DNA of 61,206 nt, the filler included. It is 5 parts of 5 records of this genome, joined end to end, with 100 filler letters (N's around TTAATTAATTAA, not from the genome) between each part and the next. Parts side by side here need not be neighbours in the genome. Positions count along the whole stretch, not along the records: positions 15,395 to 21,274 come from SRR22947725_3367; positions 21,375 to 52,206 come from SRR22947725_3370; 3 more parts are not named here. The stretch is one strand, 5' to 3'. Both the position numbers and the translations under genes were made by a program. The notes beneath the pieces are model-generated. The model ran no database searches. It saw only the letters and a list, made by a program, of their open reading frames with translations, and was not told the origin of the DNA. Below, one piece after another: positions 20,172-30,204 of this stretch; position 1 is the stretch's first letter; the number at the start of each line of letters is the position of its first letter.

Positions 20172-21274
20172 ATGACGGTCCATCGATTAAAATTTCCGGT
20201 CATGTTTAGCTTTGGTTTTGGGCAACTGGCAGAGGCCATTAAGAATTCTGGGTTCAATGTCTTTTTATTGTTTTATTACAATCAAGTGTTGGGCGTTTCG
20301 GCAACGCTGACATCCGTTGCGTTGGCAATTGCGCTCATGTTTGATGCGGTTTCAGACCCGTTGGTGGGCTCTTTTTCGGACAAGCTGCGGACTCGGTTTG
20401 GTCGCCGCCATCCGCTGATTTTAATGGCGGCGCTGCCTCTGGGGCTGAGTTTTTATTGTTTGTTTAATCCGCCGAGTATGACCTCTGATTGGGCGCACTT
20501 TATTTGGCTATTGGGTTTCGCAATTTTGGTCAGGGCGTCTTTGACGCTTTATCACGTGCCGCATCTGGCCTTGGGCGCCGAGTTGGCAGAGGACTATCAT
20601 CAGCGCTCTACCTTGTATGCCATGAGCACATTTTTTGGGTTTTTGGGTGGGGCGCTGTTTGTTCCGGTTTCTTATACCTTGTTTTTCCCAACAACGGACG
20701 TCTTCAATCCCGCATTGCTCAATAAAGCCGCGTATCAACCCTGGTCGCTTATGGCAGCTGGCTTAATGATCTTTGCCATTGTTGTTTGCGTTATTGGGAC
20801 TCGCCGAGAGATCCCGCGCTTGGTTCAGCGGGTCGATTCAGATGCTCGGCAACTGATGCGGGTGTCGGCGTTAATTCAGGAATTCCGGGAAGCGTTTAAT
20901 AACCGATCTTTTCGAGCCATCTTTTTTGGCATGATGCTCAGCACGCTGGTTTTGTCGGTTGAAGGCGTTTTTAATCCTTTTATGGGCTTCCACTTTTGGG
21001 GGTTAACCACCGAGCAATTGCGCTGGATTCCACTGGCACAGCTTGTTGGTCTGTTCCTGTCGTTATCGCTACTGCCGATCATGACCCGGTGGCTGGATAA
21101 AAAGCGAACGCTGATTGTGTCTGCTTTGCTGGTCATTTTGAATATTAATATCCCGATCGTGCTGTCGCTTTCCGGGGTCTCTTGGTTTCCCGCACAAGGC
21201 AGTCAAAGTCTGCTGATCGTCTTGATTTTGAGCGGTCTGGTGACCGCCATACTGGCGCCGATTATCTTTGCCAC
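20172..21274 (+). CDS. MFS transporter, GPH (MelB-like) family, 3'-partial
   Basis: FDAVSDPLVG..SD..RTRFGRRHP, PHLALGAEL; runs into contig end. Confidence 0.88.
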
Positions 21275-21374
21275 NNNNNNNNNNNNNNNNNNNNNNNNNN
21301 NNNNNNNNNNNNNNNNNNTTAATTAATTAANNNNNNNNNNNNNNNNNNNNNNNNNNNNNNNNNNNNNNNNNNNN
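21275..21374. other. Artificial contig linker
   Basis: N-run + TTAATTAATTAA + N-run. Confidence 0.98.
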
Positions 21375-21891
21375 CGTGATTGCCGGCAATGTCATCGGCT
21401 ACGGAGCGACCGGAGGCGAGATTTTCCTCCGCGGCAATGTCGGCGAGCGCTTCTGCGTCCGCAACTCCGGTGCGCTCGCCGTGAGTGAGGGCATCGGCGA
21501 TCACGGCTGTGAATACATGACCGGCGGCCGGGTGGTCGTGCTTGGGGAGACCGGCCGCAACTTTGGTGCCGGGATGTCCGGCGGCATTGCCTTCGTCTAT
21601 GACCCGAACGGCGAATTTGCGAGCAAGGTCAACTATGAGATGGTCAAGTTGGAAGAGCTGACGGCGGAGGATCGTGAGTTCCTGCGTGACACTGTGACCC
21701 GTCATCGCGACTTCACCGGCTCATCCGTTGCCGAGGGACTCCTTGCCTCGTGGCCACTCAAGGTCAGCGAGTTCCGCAAGGTGATGCCAACCGACTACAA
21801 GCGAGTTCTGAACGTCATCGCCGAAGCCGAGGCATCAGGCCTCGACGAAGATGCCACCGTTAACGCCATCATGGAAGCAGCGAGGTCCTGA
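21375..21891 (+). CDS. gltB: Glutamate synthase large subunit, C-terminal fragment
   Basis: GERFCVRNSG, GDHGCEYMTGG, GRNFGAGMSGG, KVMPTDY. Confidence 0.95.
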
Positions 21892-21892
21892 C

Positions 21893-23347
21893 ATGGGCAA
21901 GCCCACCGGTTTTCTCGAATGGGAGCGTCAGACTCCTGCACATCGTCCCGTTCCCGTCCGCCTGCGAGACTGGAACGAGGTGTACGAGCCATTCGATGCC
22001 GAAGCACTGAATCACCAGGCGGGGCGTTGCATGGATTGCGGCATCCCGTTCTGCAACAACGGTTGTCCCCTCGGGAATCTCATTCCCGATTGGAACGACC
22101 TCGTGTACCGCAACCAGTGGCACGATGCGATCGAACGGCTGCACGCCACGAACAACTTCCCCGAATTCACTGGGCGGCTGTGTCCAGCGCCCTGCGAGTC
22201 AGCATGTGTGCTCGGTATCAGCCAGGATCCGGTTGCGATCAAGCAGGTTGAAGTCGAGATCATCAACCGGGCTTTCGACGAGGGCTGGGTGACGCCGCAG
22301 ATTCCGTCGGTTCGCACCGGTAAGCGGATTGCGGTCATCGGCTCGGGGCCCGCGGGTCTCGCTGCCGCGCAGCAGTTGACGCGAGCAGGGCACGACGTCG
22401 TGGTGCTGGAGCGTGCGGACCGTATTGGCGGACTGCTGCGCTACGGCATCCCAGAGTTCAAGATGGAGAAGCGGCACATCGATCGTCGTCTCGCACAAAT
22501 GGAAGCCGAAGGAACCGAGTTCCGCACGAACGCCGTCGTCGGTGAGAACGTCGATATCGAGGTGCTGCGCGCCAGCCACGACGCGGTGGTGCTCGCCTGC
22601 GGCGCAACGGCATGGCGCGACCTACCCGTACCTGGACGTGAGCTTGCGGGAATCCATCAGGCGATGGAGTACTTGCCGGAGTCGAATCGGGTGCAGTTCG
22701 GTGATCAGGAGCAGTCTCCGATCGATGTGAACGGCAAACACGTGGTGATCATCGGTGGTGGCGACACTGGCGCTGACTGTCTGGGTACGGCGCATCGCCA
22801 AGGCGCGGCCTCGGTGACGCAGCTCGAGATCATGCCCCGACCGTCAGACGAACGGAATGGGGATCGCAACCCGTGGCCACAGTTCGCAATGGTCTACAAG
22901 GTCACCAGCGCGCACGAGGAGGGCGGAGAGCGTCTCTACAGCGTCAACACCGAGCGTTTCGTGGATGACGGGACCGGCCGGGTCAAGGCGCTGATGTTGC
23001 ACGAGGTCGAGTTCGTCGATGGTAAGTTCGAAAAAGTCGAAGGCACGGACAGGGAGATTCCTGCCGACTTCGTCTTCCTCGCGATGGGCTTTGTTGGTCC
23101 GGAGAAAGGTTCGTGGCTTGACGAGCTCGGCGTGGACTACGACGCACGCGGCAACGTGGTGCGCGATGACAACTACATGACGAACCAGCACGGACTGTTC
23201 GTGGCCGGCGACATGGGCCGGGGACAGAGCCTGATCGTTTGGGCGATTGCTGAAGGTCGAGCAGCAGCAGCGGGAGCCGACGCACTGCTGATGGGCGAGA
23301 CAACGCTGCCGCGGCCAATCGCGCCGACCGAACGCCCCTTGATGTGA
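21893..23347 (+). CDS. gltD: Glutamate synthase small subunit
   Basis: MGKPTGF, RCMDCGIPFC, CPAPCE, GSGPAG, GGGDTG. Confidence 0.96.
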   Translation: MGKPTGFLEWERQTPAHRPVPVRLRDWNEVYEPFDAEALNHQAGRCMDCGIPFCNNGCPLGNLIPDWNDLVYRNQWHDAIERLHATNNFPEFTGRLCPAPCESACVLGISQDPVAIKQVEVEIINRAFDEGWVTPQIPSVRTGKRIAVIGSGPAGLAAAQQLTRAGHDVVVLERADRIGGLLRYGIPEFKMEKRHIDRRLAQMEAEGTEFRTNAVVGENVDIEVLRASHDAVVLACGATAWRDLPVPGRELAGIHQAMEYLPESNRVQFGDQEQSPIDVNGKHVVIIGGGDTGADCLGTAHRQGAASVTQLEIMPRPSDERNGDRNPWPQFAMVYKVTSAHEEGGERLYSVNTERFVDDGTGRVKALMLHEVEFVDGKFEKVEGTDREIPADFVFLAMGFVGPEKGSWLDELGVDYDARGNVVRDDNYMTNQHGLFVAGDMGRGQSLIVWAIAEGRAAAAGADALLMGETTLPRPIAPTERPLM

Positions 23348-23428
23348 AGGCCGGGTATTCAGGATGGGTGTGCCGCGCACATACTGCCCTGCCAACACTG
23401 TCTTGATAAGACCACGTACGATGCCCGT

Positions 23429-24070
23429 ATGGGTTTGAAGAACATGGGTAAATTCGGTCGGATGAGCGTGCTGACATGGCCAATTGTGGCTGGCGCGCTG
23501 GTTCTCGCGAGCTGTGGCAGCGACGCGACGAGCGGCGCTACGGCGTCGACGATCAACCTCGACGCCACCAATTACATCGTCAAGGATCCCGTCACGACGA
23601 CTATTGCGCCATTGTCGGGCGGGGACGAAACGGCGACCGGATCTCAGACGTATGTCGTCCAGTCGGGTGACTACGCCATCAAGGTCGCCGATCAATTCGG
23701 CGTGCCGCTCGCAGACCTCCTCAACTTCAACGGGTGGGCCACCGGCAACGAGTTCCCGTTCCCTGGCGAAGAGATCAAGATTCCGCCGGGCGGCACGACA
23801 CAGGCAGCGGCGACTGACGCCGACACCGACGTTACGGCAGCAGCAGGCGAGGACGGCGAGGCCTCGGTCGGCGAGACGATTCCGGACACCGGCTCAAATT
23901 GTGCACCCGGTTCGTACACGATCGAAGACGGTGACAATGCCCGTTCGAAGGTGGCCAACAAGTTTGATGTCACGGTCGAGGCACTTGACGCGGCGAACGC
24001 CGGAACGAGTGGCTACTCGGCGTTTTACCCCGGCCTGAAGATCGTCATCCCCGCAAAAGCCGACTGCTAA
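23429..24070 (+). CDS. LysM-domain lipoprotein (two LysM-like repeats)
   Basis: Lipobox LASC; YVVQSGD..VADQFGV and YTIEDGD..VANKFDV. Confidence 0.85.
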   Translation: MGLKNMGKFGRMSVLTWPIVAGALVLASCGSDATSGATASTINLDATNYIVKDPVTTTIAPLSGGDETATGSQTYVVQSGDYAIKVADQFGVPLADLLNFNGWATGNEFPFPGEEIKIPPGGTTQAAATDADTDVTAAAGEDGEASVGETIPDTGSNCAPGSYTIEDGDNARSKVANKFDVTVEALDAANAGTSGYSAFYPGLKIVIPAKADC

Positions 24071-24161
24071 ATCCGGCTGCAACGACCTCAGTGACTTTGG
24101 GGTCGCGAGCAGACATAGCCGAGCAGGTGTGACTGAGCAGCTGTGACTGACCAGCCGTGAC

Positions 24162-24863
24162 TCAGAGGCCTTGGAAGATGTAGTTGTGCTGGACGACGTG
24201 GTCCATGCGTGCCGACGGTGCCGCTGAGTATTGGTGGCCGGGGTACAGAATCGTGTCACCTGGGACCCTGGCGAGTCGCTGCAGGCTTTCGATCATCTGT
24301 GCCCCATTGGACCCGGGGAGGTCGGTTCGGCCGCAGCCGTCAAGGAACAGCGTGTCACCAGCAACAAGCTTGCCGTCGACGAGAAAGCACTGGCTGCCGG
24401 GTGTGTGCCCAGGTGTGTGGAGCAGGGTGATGTCGATGGCACCGACGCTGAGGACATCACCGGAGCCGTGCTCGACGAGGTGATCAGGGCTGACGTGGGT
24501 GGTCTTTCGGACCCATTCGGTCTCATCGGCCTGAATGTGAATGGGACAGTCGACCTTGTCGAGGAGGGACGCGATGCCATCGATCTCCATGCCCATCATC
24601 GAACCACCGACGTGGTCAGGGTGGTAATGCGTGGCCAGGACGCCGGTCACGGTCATGTCGTCGGCTGCGACAACGTCGATGAGTTCTGCCGGGGCGTAGG
24701 CCGGGTCGACGAGCACGCACTCGCCGGTCTCTCGGTCGCCGATGGCGTAGACGAAGTTGACCATCTGCTCGGCGAGCTGATCGCCGTGCGCGAAGTCGCG
24801 TCCGGACAACAGCTGGCGGAAGTAGAGACGATCGTTGTTGGGAGCAGGTGCGTTCTCAGTCAC
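24162..24863 (-). CDS. Metallo-beta-lactamase-fold hydrolase (glyoxalase II-like)
   Basis: THYHPDH, HTPGHTPGS, GDTLF..GCGRTD, PGH; GTG start at 24863. Confidence 0.9.
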   Translation of the reverse strand: MTENAPAPNNDRLYFRQLLSGRDFAHGDQLAEQMVNFVYAIGDRETGECVLVDPAYAPAELIDVVAADDMTVTGVLATHYHPDHVGGSMMGMEIDGIASLLDKVDCPIHIQADETEWVRKTTHVSPDHLVEHGSGDVLSVGAIDITLLHTPGHTPGSQCFLVDGKLVAGDTLFLDGCGRTDLPGSNGAQMIESLQRLARVPGDTILYPGHQYSAAPSARMDHVVQHNYIFQGL

Positions 24864-24868
24864 CCCTG

Positions 24869-24880
24869 CAGCGTACGCTG
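24869..24880. promoter_or_regulatory. Palindromic bidirectional -10 element (CAGCGTACGCTG)
   Basis: Perfect palindrome giving TACGCT on both strands, 6 nt from GTG 24863 and 9 nt from ATG 24889. Confidence 0.65.
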
Positions 24881-24888
24881 AGGCCCCT

Positions 24889-26022
24889 ATGAGCCCGCAG
24901 GCAAGCGACACTCCCATCAGGTACGGCGTCGTCGGTGTCGGCATGATGGGCGTCGAACACATCCAGAACATTCTCGCTCTCGACGATTGCGTCGTGACCG
25001 CTGTGGCCGACCCTCATTCTTCTTCGCTTGACTCGGCGCAGCAGGCCGTTGGCGCCGAGACGCCGCTGGCGAAGTTCAGCACGGTGGAGGAGCTGATTGC
25101 ATCGGGGCTTTGCGATGCGCTCGTCATTGCCTCTCCGAACTTCACGCACCACGACATCCTGATTCCGGCGATCGAGTCCGGTCTCCACCTCCTTATCGAG
25201 AAGCCGCTGTGCACCACGCTCGATGACTGTCGCGAGATCACTGATCTGGTTGCCACGCGACCGGCTGAACAAGTGATTTGGATGGGTCTGGAGTACCGGT
25301 ACATGCCGCCCCTCCAACGGTTGATGGCCGAGATCGCCGCCGGTACCACCGGCGATGTGAAGATGGTTGCCATCCGCGAACACCGCTTCCCGTTCCTGGT
25401 CAAAGTCGACAACTGGAATCGGTTCAGCAAGAACACGGGGGGCACCCTCGTCGAGAAGTGCTGCCACTTCTTCGATCTCATGATCCAGGCCACGGCGAGC
25501 CGTCCCGTGCGCGTGATGGCATCAGGATCACAGGACGTCAACCACCTCGATGAGGTGTACAAAGGCGAGCGGTCTGACATTCTGGACAACGCCTACGTCA
25601 TTGTCGAGTTCGAGAATGGCAGCCGCGGCATGCTCGATCTGTGCATGTTCGCAGAGGCGAGCAAGAACGAGCGCGAGATCGTCGTCGTGGGCGACAAGGG
25701 AAAGCTTGAGGCACTCGACACGGAGTCGATCGTGCGCATCGGTCAGCGAACCGATGATATTTGGAGTGGCGTCAACGTGGTGACCGAAGAGACGGTCGCC
25801 GACAGCAGCATCAAGCACCAAGGCCTTCATCACGGAGCGAGTTACCTCGAGCACGTCGACTTCGCCGATGCGATTCGCTCCGGTCGGCCTGCCGACGTGA
25901 CCGTGCTCGATGGACTCTGGTCTGCCGCCGTCGGCTTCGCAGCGCACCGCTCGCTCGAGACAGGACTCCCCGTTGTGCTCGACGATCTGCCCCAAATGGC
26001 GGGCATTGGGTTCGGACAATGA
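24889..26022 (+). CDS. Gfo/Idh/MocA family oxidoreductase
   Basis: GVGMMG, IEKP, EHRFPF..WNR..GGTLVEKCCHFFD. Confidence 0.9.
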   Translation: MSPQASDTPIRYGVVGVGMMGVEHIQNILALDDCVVTAVADPHSSSLDSAQQAVGAETPLAKFSTVEELIASGLCDALVIASPNFTHHDILIPAIESGLHLLIEKPLCTTLDDCREITDLVATRPAEQVIWMGLEYRYMPPLQRLMAEIAAGTTGDVKMVAIREHRFPFLVKVDNWNRFSKNTGGTLVEKCCHFFDLMIQATASRPVRVMASGSQDVNHLDEVYKGERSDILDNAYVIVEFENGSRGMLDLCMFAEASKNEREIVVVGDKGKLEALDTESIVRIGQRTDDIWSGVNVVTEETVADSSIKHQGLHHGASYLEHVDFADAIRSGRPADVTVLDGLWSAAVGFAAHRSLETGLPVVLDDLPQMAGIGFGQ

Positions 26023-27518
26023 GCCGCCTCATTGCATTGACCGCAGGTCAGCAGGTCGTCTTCGGTGGTGACCAGGTGGTCGAGGTCTCTGCCGAACTTG
26101 CTGACGCATTCCAAGTCGGGGATCGGCTGGTGGTGGTCCAGGAGGATGGCGCGCTTCTGCACATCCCGGCAAGCGAGCACGCCATCGTCGATGCCGCTGT
26201 CACCGCAGCGCGCACCGGGTTCGCTGAGCTGGCCGCTGTCACCGATGATGCGATCTCCGATTTCTTTGAGCATTTCGCGGCGGGACTTGCCGATGATGTG
26301 GTGTTCGCTCCCATCGCCGCGGCCAACGCCCTGGACATCGATCGCGCCCGGGAACGGGGACGGTCCACCACCAGACTCGAACTGAGCGCCGCAATGCGTG
26401 CCGACATGGTGGCCGGCCTACGCGGCTGGCGCGACGCTTCGGTATCTCGCGACGAGATCGTTCGAACCATTGAGCACGAGGGGTGGTCGGTCGAGGCGCG
26501 ACGAGCACCGCTCGGTGTTGTCGGTTTTGTTTTTGAAGGCCGACCAAACGTGTTCGCGGATGCCTGTGGTGTTGTGCGTAGTGGCAACGCTGTGGTGTTT
26601 CGCATCGGATCCGATGCACTCGGTACTGCTCTGGCGATCGTCGACCATGCCCTTCGTCCGGCGCTGGCAGAGTCTGGATTGCCCGACGGGGTCGTCCAGC
26701 TGGTCGAGTCGGCGGCTCACAGTGCCGGTCACGCCTTGTTCAGCGATCGTCGCCTTGCACTTGCTGTGGCGCGCGGTTCGGGCGCCGCCGTTGCCCAGTT
26801 GGGCGCGGTGGCCTCGCAGTCAGGTGTTCCGGTCAGCCTGCATGGAACTGGCGGCGCGTGGATTGTCGCAGGGGAGCATGCGGACGCCGACACGCTGCAC
26901 GCCGTCGTGCAGCACTCACTCGATCGCAAGGTCTGCAACACGCTGAATGTCTGTGCGATTCCTGCCAGCCGAGCTGCTGAACTGATCCCGGCCTTTCTCG
27001 CAGGGCTCGACGCCGCAGGTGTAGCTCGGCTCACGACTCCGCGGTTGCACGTCGTGGATAGCTCGGCCGCTTTCCTGCCACCGGAGTTGTTCGATCGGAG
27101 CGTCGACGTTGACCGCGCGTCCGGCACGGTCAACGAGCGTTACGCCACCGTCTTGCCCGAATCTGATCTTGCCATCGAGTGGGAGTGGGAGAACTCGCCC
27201 GAGGTGACCCTCGTGGTCGTTGACGATGTGGATCAGGCCGTGGTGCTGTGCAACACCTACAGCCCTCACTTCACGGCGTCGCTTGTCAGCAGCGATCTGC
27301 ACGAGCACGATCACTTCTACGGCGCAATCGACGCGCCGTTCGTGGGCAACGGTTTCACGCGGTGGGTCGATGGGCAGTACGCACTCGATGCCCCCGAGCT
27401 GGGCCTGTCAAATTGGCAGGGTGGACGAATGCTCGGACGCGGAGCGATTTTGTCAGGCGACAGCGTGCACACCGTCCGCTACCGTGCCACGGTGACCGAC
27501 CACCAGACACACCGCTGA
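26019..27518 (+). CDS. ProA-like aldehyde dehydrogenase with atypical N-terminal extension
   Basis: RAPLGVVGFVFEGRPNV, KVCNTLN catalytic Cys, TRWVDG..ELGLS; ATGA overlap with the upstream gene. Confidence 0.8.
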   Translation: MSRLIALTAGQQVVFGGDQVVEVSAELADAFQVGDRLVVVQEDGALLHIPASEHAIVDAAVTAARTGFAELAAVTDDAISDFFEHFAAGLADDVVFAPIAAANALDIDRARERGRSTTRLELSAAMRADMVAGLRGWRDASVSRDEIVRTIEHEGWSVEARRAPLGVVGFVFEGRPNVFADACGVVRSGNAVVFRIGSDALGTALAIVDHALRPALAESGLPDGVVQLVESAAHSAGHALFSDRRLALAVARGSGAAVAQLGAVASQSGVPVSLHGTGGAWIVAGEHADADTLHAVVQHSLDRKVCNTLNVCAIPASRAAELIPAFLAGLDAAGVARLTTPRLHVVDSSAAFLPPELFDRSVDVDRASGTVNERYATVLPESDLAIEWEWENSPEVTLVVVDDVDQAVVLCNTYSPHFTASLVSSDLHEHDHFYGAIDAPFVGNGFTRWVDGQYALDAPELGLSNWQGGRMLGRGAILSGDSVHTVRYRATVTDHQTHR

Positions 27519-27558
27519 CCGCGGTCAATGCGGGGTCGCCCCCGACTACGATTTTCTC

Positions 27559-29127
27559 GTGTACCAACCAGCGCGACGCGCAGCCCCTCTGCTGAGCCTC
27601 GCGCTGCTCATGGCGGCCTGTGCTGCGGACTCCGGCGATGTCTCGTCCGAGCGGGCGGACACGATTCCTGCACCTGCACCTGCACCTGCGCCTGCGTCGT
27701 CGTTGCCCGCCGAGCCCGAAGTTTCGGTTGAGGAACCCGTTCCGTCGGCGACAGAAACGGCGACGACCGTTCCGACGACGACGACAGATCTCCCGGTCGA
27801 GCCAGTCGAATTTTCGCAGGGTCTCGACGATCGACTCTTCCCGGAACTCGGAGCGCCTGGGGTTGATGTGCTTTCCTACGACGTTGTGCTTGATGTTGAT
27901 GTGGCAGCGGAAACCTTCGATGCCATGATCGACATCACCACGGCGGTGGCGCCGAACCTCTCGCAATTGTCGCTCGACGCAATCGGTTTCAACGTCGACA
28001 CCGTCCTCGTCGATGGAGCAGCGGCCGTCTTTGAACAGTCCTTCGAGGAACTGGTCATCGACCTCCCGGCGAACCGGGACGATGTCGTGGTTGCGACCGT
28101 CAATTATTCGGCATCGCCGGACGGCGGCACCTCGGCGGTCGGGCTGCCCGTGGGGTGGTTCCCGACCGAGGGAGGCGCCTATGTGCTCAACGAGCCAGAC
28201 GGGGCACGGACCTGGCTGCCGAGTAACGATCACCCCTCAGATAAGGCACTGTGGCGATTCGAAGTGACGGCACCTGAAGCCGACGTCGTGTCGGCGAATG
28301 GGACGTTGATCCAACGCGGCGGAGCGACCGAGGCGTGGATCTGGGAGAGCGAGGACCCGATGTCGACCTATCTCGTGCATCTCGTCATCGGCGACTATGA
28401 GCTCATCGAGGACGCTTCGATTGCGCTCGAGTCAGGCACTGATCTTCCGATCACACACCTCGTACCGTCGGGGACTGCGGACGTGCACCGTGTGTTCTTC
28501 GAGCAAACTGCGCCACAGTTGGCGTTTTTCGAAGAGCGATTCGGGCCATATCCGTTGAGCGAGTACGGGCTGGCGTTCATCGACAGCCCTTCGGGCCTGG
28601 CAATGGAGACCCAGGGCCGCTCATTGTTTGCTGCCGCCGATTTCCGTCGCGGCGAGTTGGGCTTCATTCAGCACCTCCTGCTCGCTCACGAGCTCGCGCA
28701 CCAGTGGTTCGGCAACACTGTCAGCCCGGCAACGTGGTCCGACCTGTGGCTCAACGAGAGTTTTGCGACGTACGCGCAGTGGCTCTGGCTCGACGAGGTT
28801 GATCAGGCGGTGCTGGAGTCTCAGGCAGAAGTCGCGCTCCAAGCCCGGCAGAACGGTCGACAATCGACTGGTGAGCCGAGCGTTTCAAACCTGTTCGGGT
28901 TCGAGACGTACGACGGAGGCGCGGTGATTGTGCACGCCCTGCGGCAGGAACTGGGTGACGAGGCCTTCTTCGCACTGCTCCAAGGCTGGCTTACGGAGAA
29001 CGCCGGGTCGTCGCAGACCACGGCGGCGTTTATCGAGCGTGCCGAACAAGAAGCTGGACGGGACCTCAGCGGATTCTTTGAGGCGTGGCTCTTCGCCGTC
29101 GATCCGCCTGACGAGTTTCCGAGCTGA
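27559..29127 (+). CDS. M1 family aminopeptidase lipoprotein
   Basis: Lipobox MAAC, PA-repeat linker, AMET (GXMEN-like), HELAHQWFG...WLNE. Confidence 0.9.
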   Translation: MYQPARRAAPLLSLALLMAACAADSGDVSSERADTIPAPAPAPAPASSLPAEPEVSVEEPVPSATETATTVPTTTTDLPVEPVEFSQGLDDRLFPELGAPGVDVLSYDVVLDVDVAAETFDAMIDITTAVAPNLSQLSLDAIGFNVDTVLVDGAAAVFEQSFEELVIDLPANRDDVVVATVNYSASPDGGTSAVGLPVGWFPTEGGAYVLNEPDGARTWLPSNDHPSDKALWRFEVTAPEADVVSANGTLIQRGGATEAWIWESEDPMSTYLVHLVIGDYELIEDASIALESGTDLPITHLVPSGTADVHRVFFEQTAPQLAFFEERFGPYPLSEYGLAFIDSPSGLAMETQGRSLFAAADFRRGELGFIQHLLLAHELAHQWFGNTVSPATWSDLWLNESFATYAQWLWLDEVDQAVLESQAEVALQARQNGRQSTGEPSVSNLFGFETYDGGAVIVHALRQELGDEAFFALLQGWLTENAGSSQTTAAFIERAEQEAGRDLSGFFEAWLFAVDPPDEFPS

Positions 29128-29343
29128 CCGTCCGCTGACCGTCCGCTGCCCGTCCGCTGTCGGACACGAGCAAGTGTGGCGGCGCGGGCGAGCGTGTCCG
29201 ATCGGCGGATGTCATCGACGCTGTCGACGCTTGATCTGACAGACCCCTTGGTCGATAGCGTCCCGTCGATGGCTGATCTGACCGATGGCGATGCAATGTG
29301 CGAGACGCGGGCCGCAACGCAGGTGGCCACTCAGGTCACGATC

Positions 29344-29427
29344 GTCAGCGGGGAGACCAGCGGGGAGGCCAGCGCGGATGTCAGCGGGGAGGCCAGCGGG
29401 GATGTCAGCGGGGAGGCCAGCGCGGAC
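29344..29427. repeat. 12-nt G-rich tandem repeat x7
   Basis: gtcagcggggag / accagcggggag / gccagcgcggat / gtcagcggggag / gccagcggggat / gtcagcggggag / gccagcgcggac. Confidence 0.9.
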
Positions 29428-29446
29428 TTTGTCGGGGGAGCTCGCA

Positions 29447-30145
29447 GTGCCGCTGTTTGAACGTCGCCACGTCGATCTGGTCGTCGTGTTGTGCGCTCTG
29501 GCCGCATCAAACCTCGCGACCGCATTCCTCTTGGATGGATGGCCAGAGGCGGTCGCGCAGGTCGGCGCGGCAGTTGCGCTGGTGGCCTTCGCCCGCTGGC
29601 GCGGCTCTTCCGTTGATTCACTCGGTCTGTCAGCGCGAGCCGTTCGTGCAGGACTTCGGCTCGGTGCGGTGGTCTCTGGTGTCATCGTTGTGGGCGTCAT
29701 CGTGATCGCCGTGGTGCCGTTCGGTCGGTCGTTTCTCGAAGACGATCGGTTTTCAGAGCTGTCCGGCTGGAACGCGACGTATCAGCTGGTTATTCGTATC
29801 CCGTTGGTGACGGCGCTCTCAGAAGAACTGATCTTTCGATCGGTGCTGCTGGCAGTGCTGCTGGCCTGTGTTTCAGCACGTTGGGCGGTGGTGTGGTCGT
29901 CTGTGGCATTCGGCTTGTGGCATGTCCTCGGCACGCTGGGTGATCTGGGCGGCAACGCTGCGACCGATTCGCTTGGTGCGGTTGAACGTGCAGGGAGCGT
30001 GGCCGGCGTCGTGCTGGCAACGACAATCGCCGGAGTCATCTTCGCGTGGACGCGACTCAGGTCGGAGAGCCTCGTCGCGCCTTGGATGATCCACGTCGCG
30101 TTCAATGGGGCGACGTTCGCTGCCGGCCTTGTGGTCGCAACCTGA
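29447..30145 (+). CDS. CPBP (Abi/CAAX) family intramembrane protease
   Basis: SEELIFR, FGLWH, PWMIH..FN; GGGGAG Shine-Dalgarno before GTG 29447. Confidence 0.85.
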   Translation: MPLFERRHVDLVVVLCALAASNLATAFLLDGWPEAVAQVGAAVALVAFARWRGSSVDSLGLSARAVRAGLRLGAVVSGVIVVGVIVIAVVPFGRSFLEDDRFSELSGWNATYQLVIRIPLVTALSEELIFRSVLLAVLLACVSARWAVVWSSVAFGLWHVLGTLGDLGGNAATDSLGAVERAGSVAGVVLATTIAGVIFAWTRLRSESLVAPWMIHVAFNGATFAAGLVVAT

Positions 30146-30204
30146 GAGCTGGGCTGGGCCGGTCGTGGCACCGGGATCACGCTGGCACGATCCGGGTTGG
30201 CGGA

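Noticed and set aside
29344-29427. Possible CRISPR array
   Set aside because: Units are 12 nt and contiguous with no unique spacers, and no cas genes are present.
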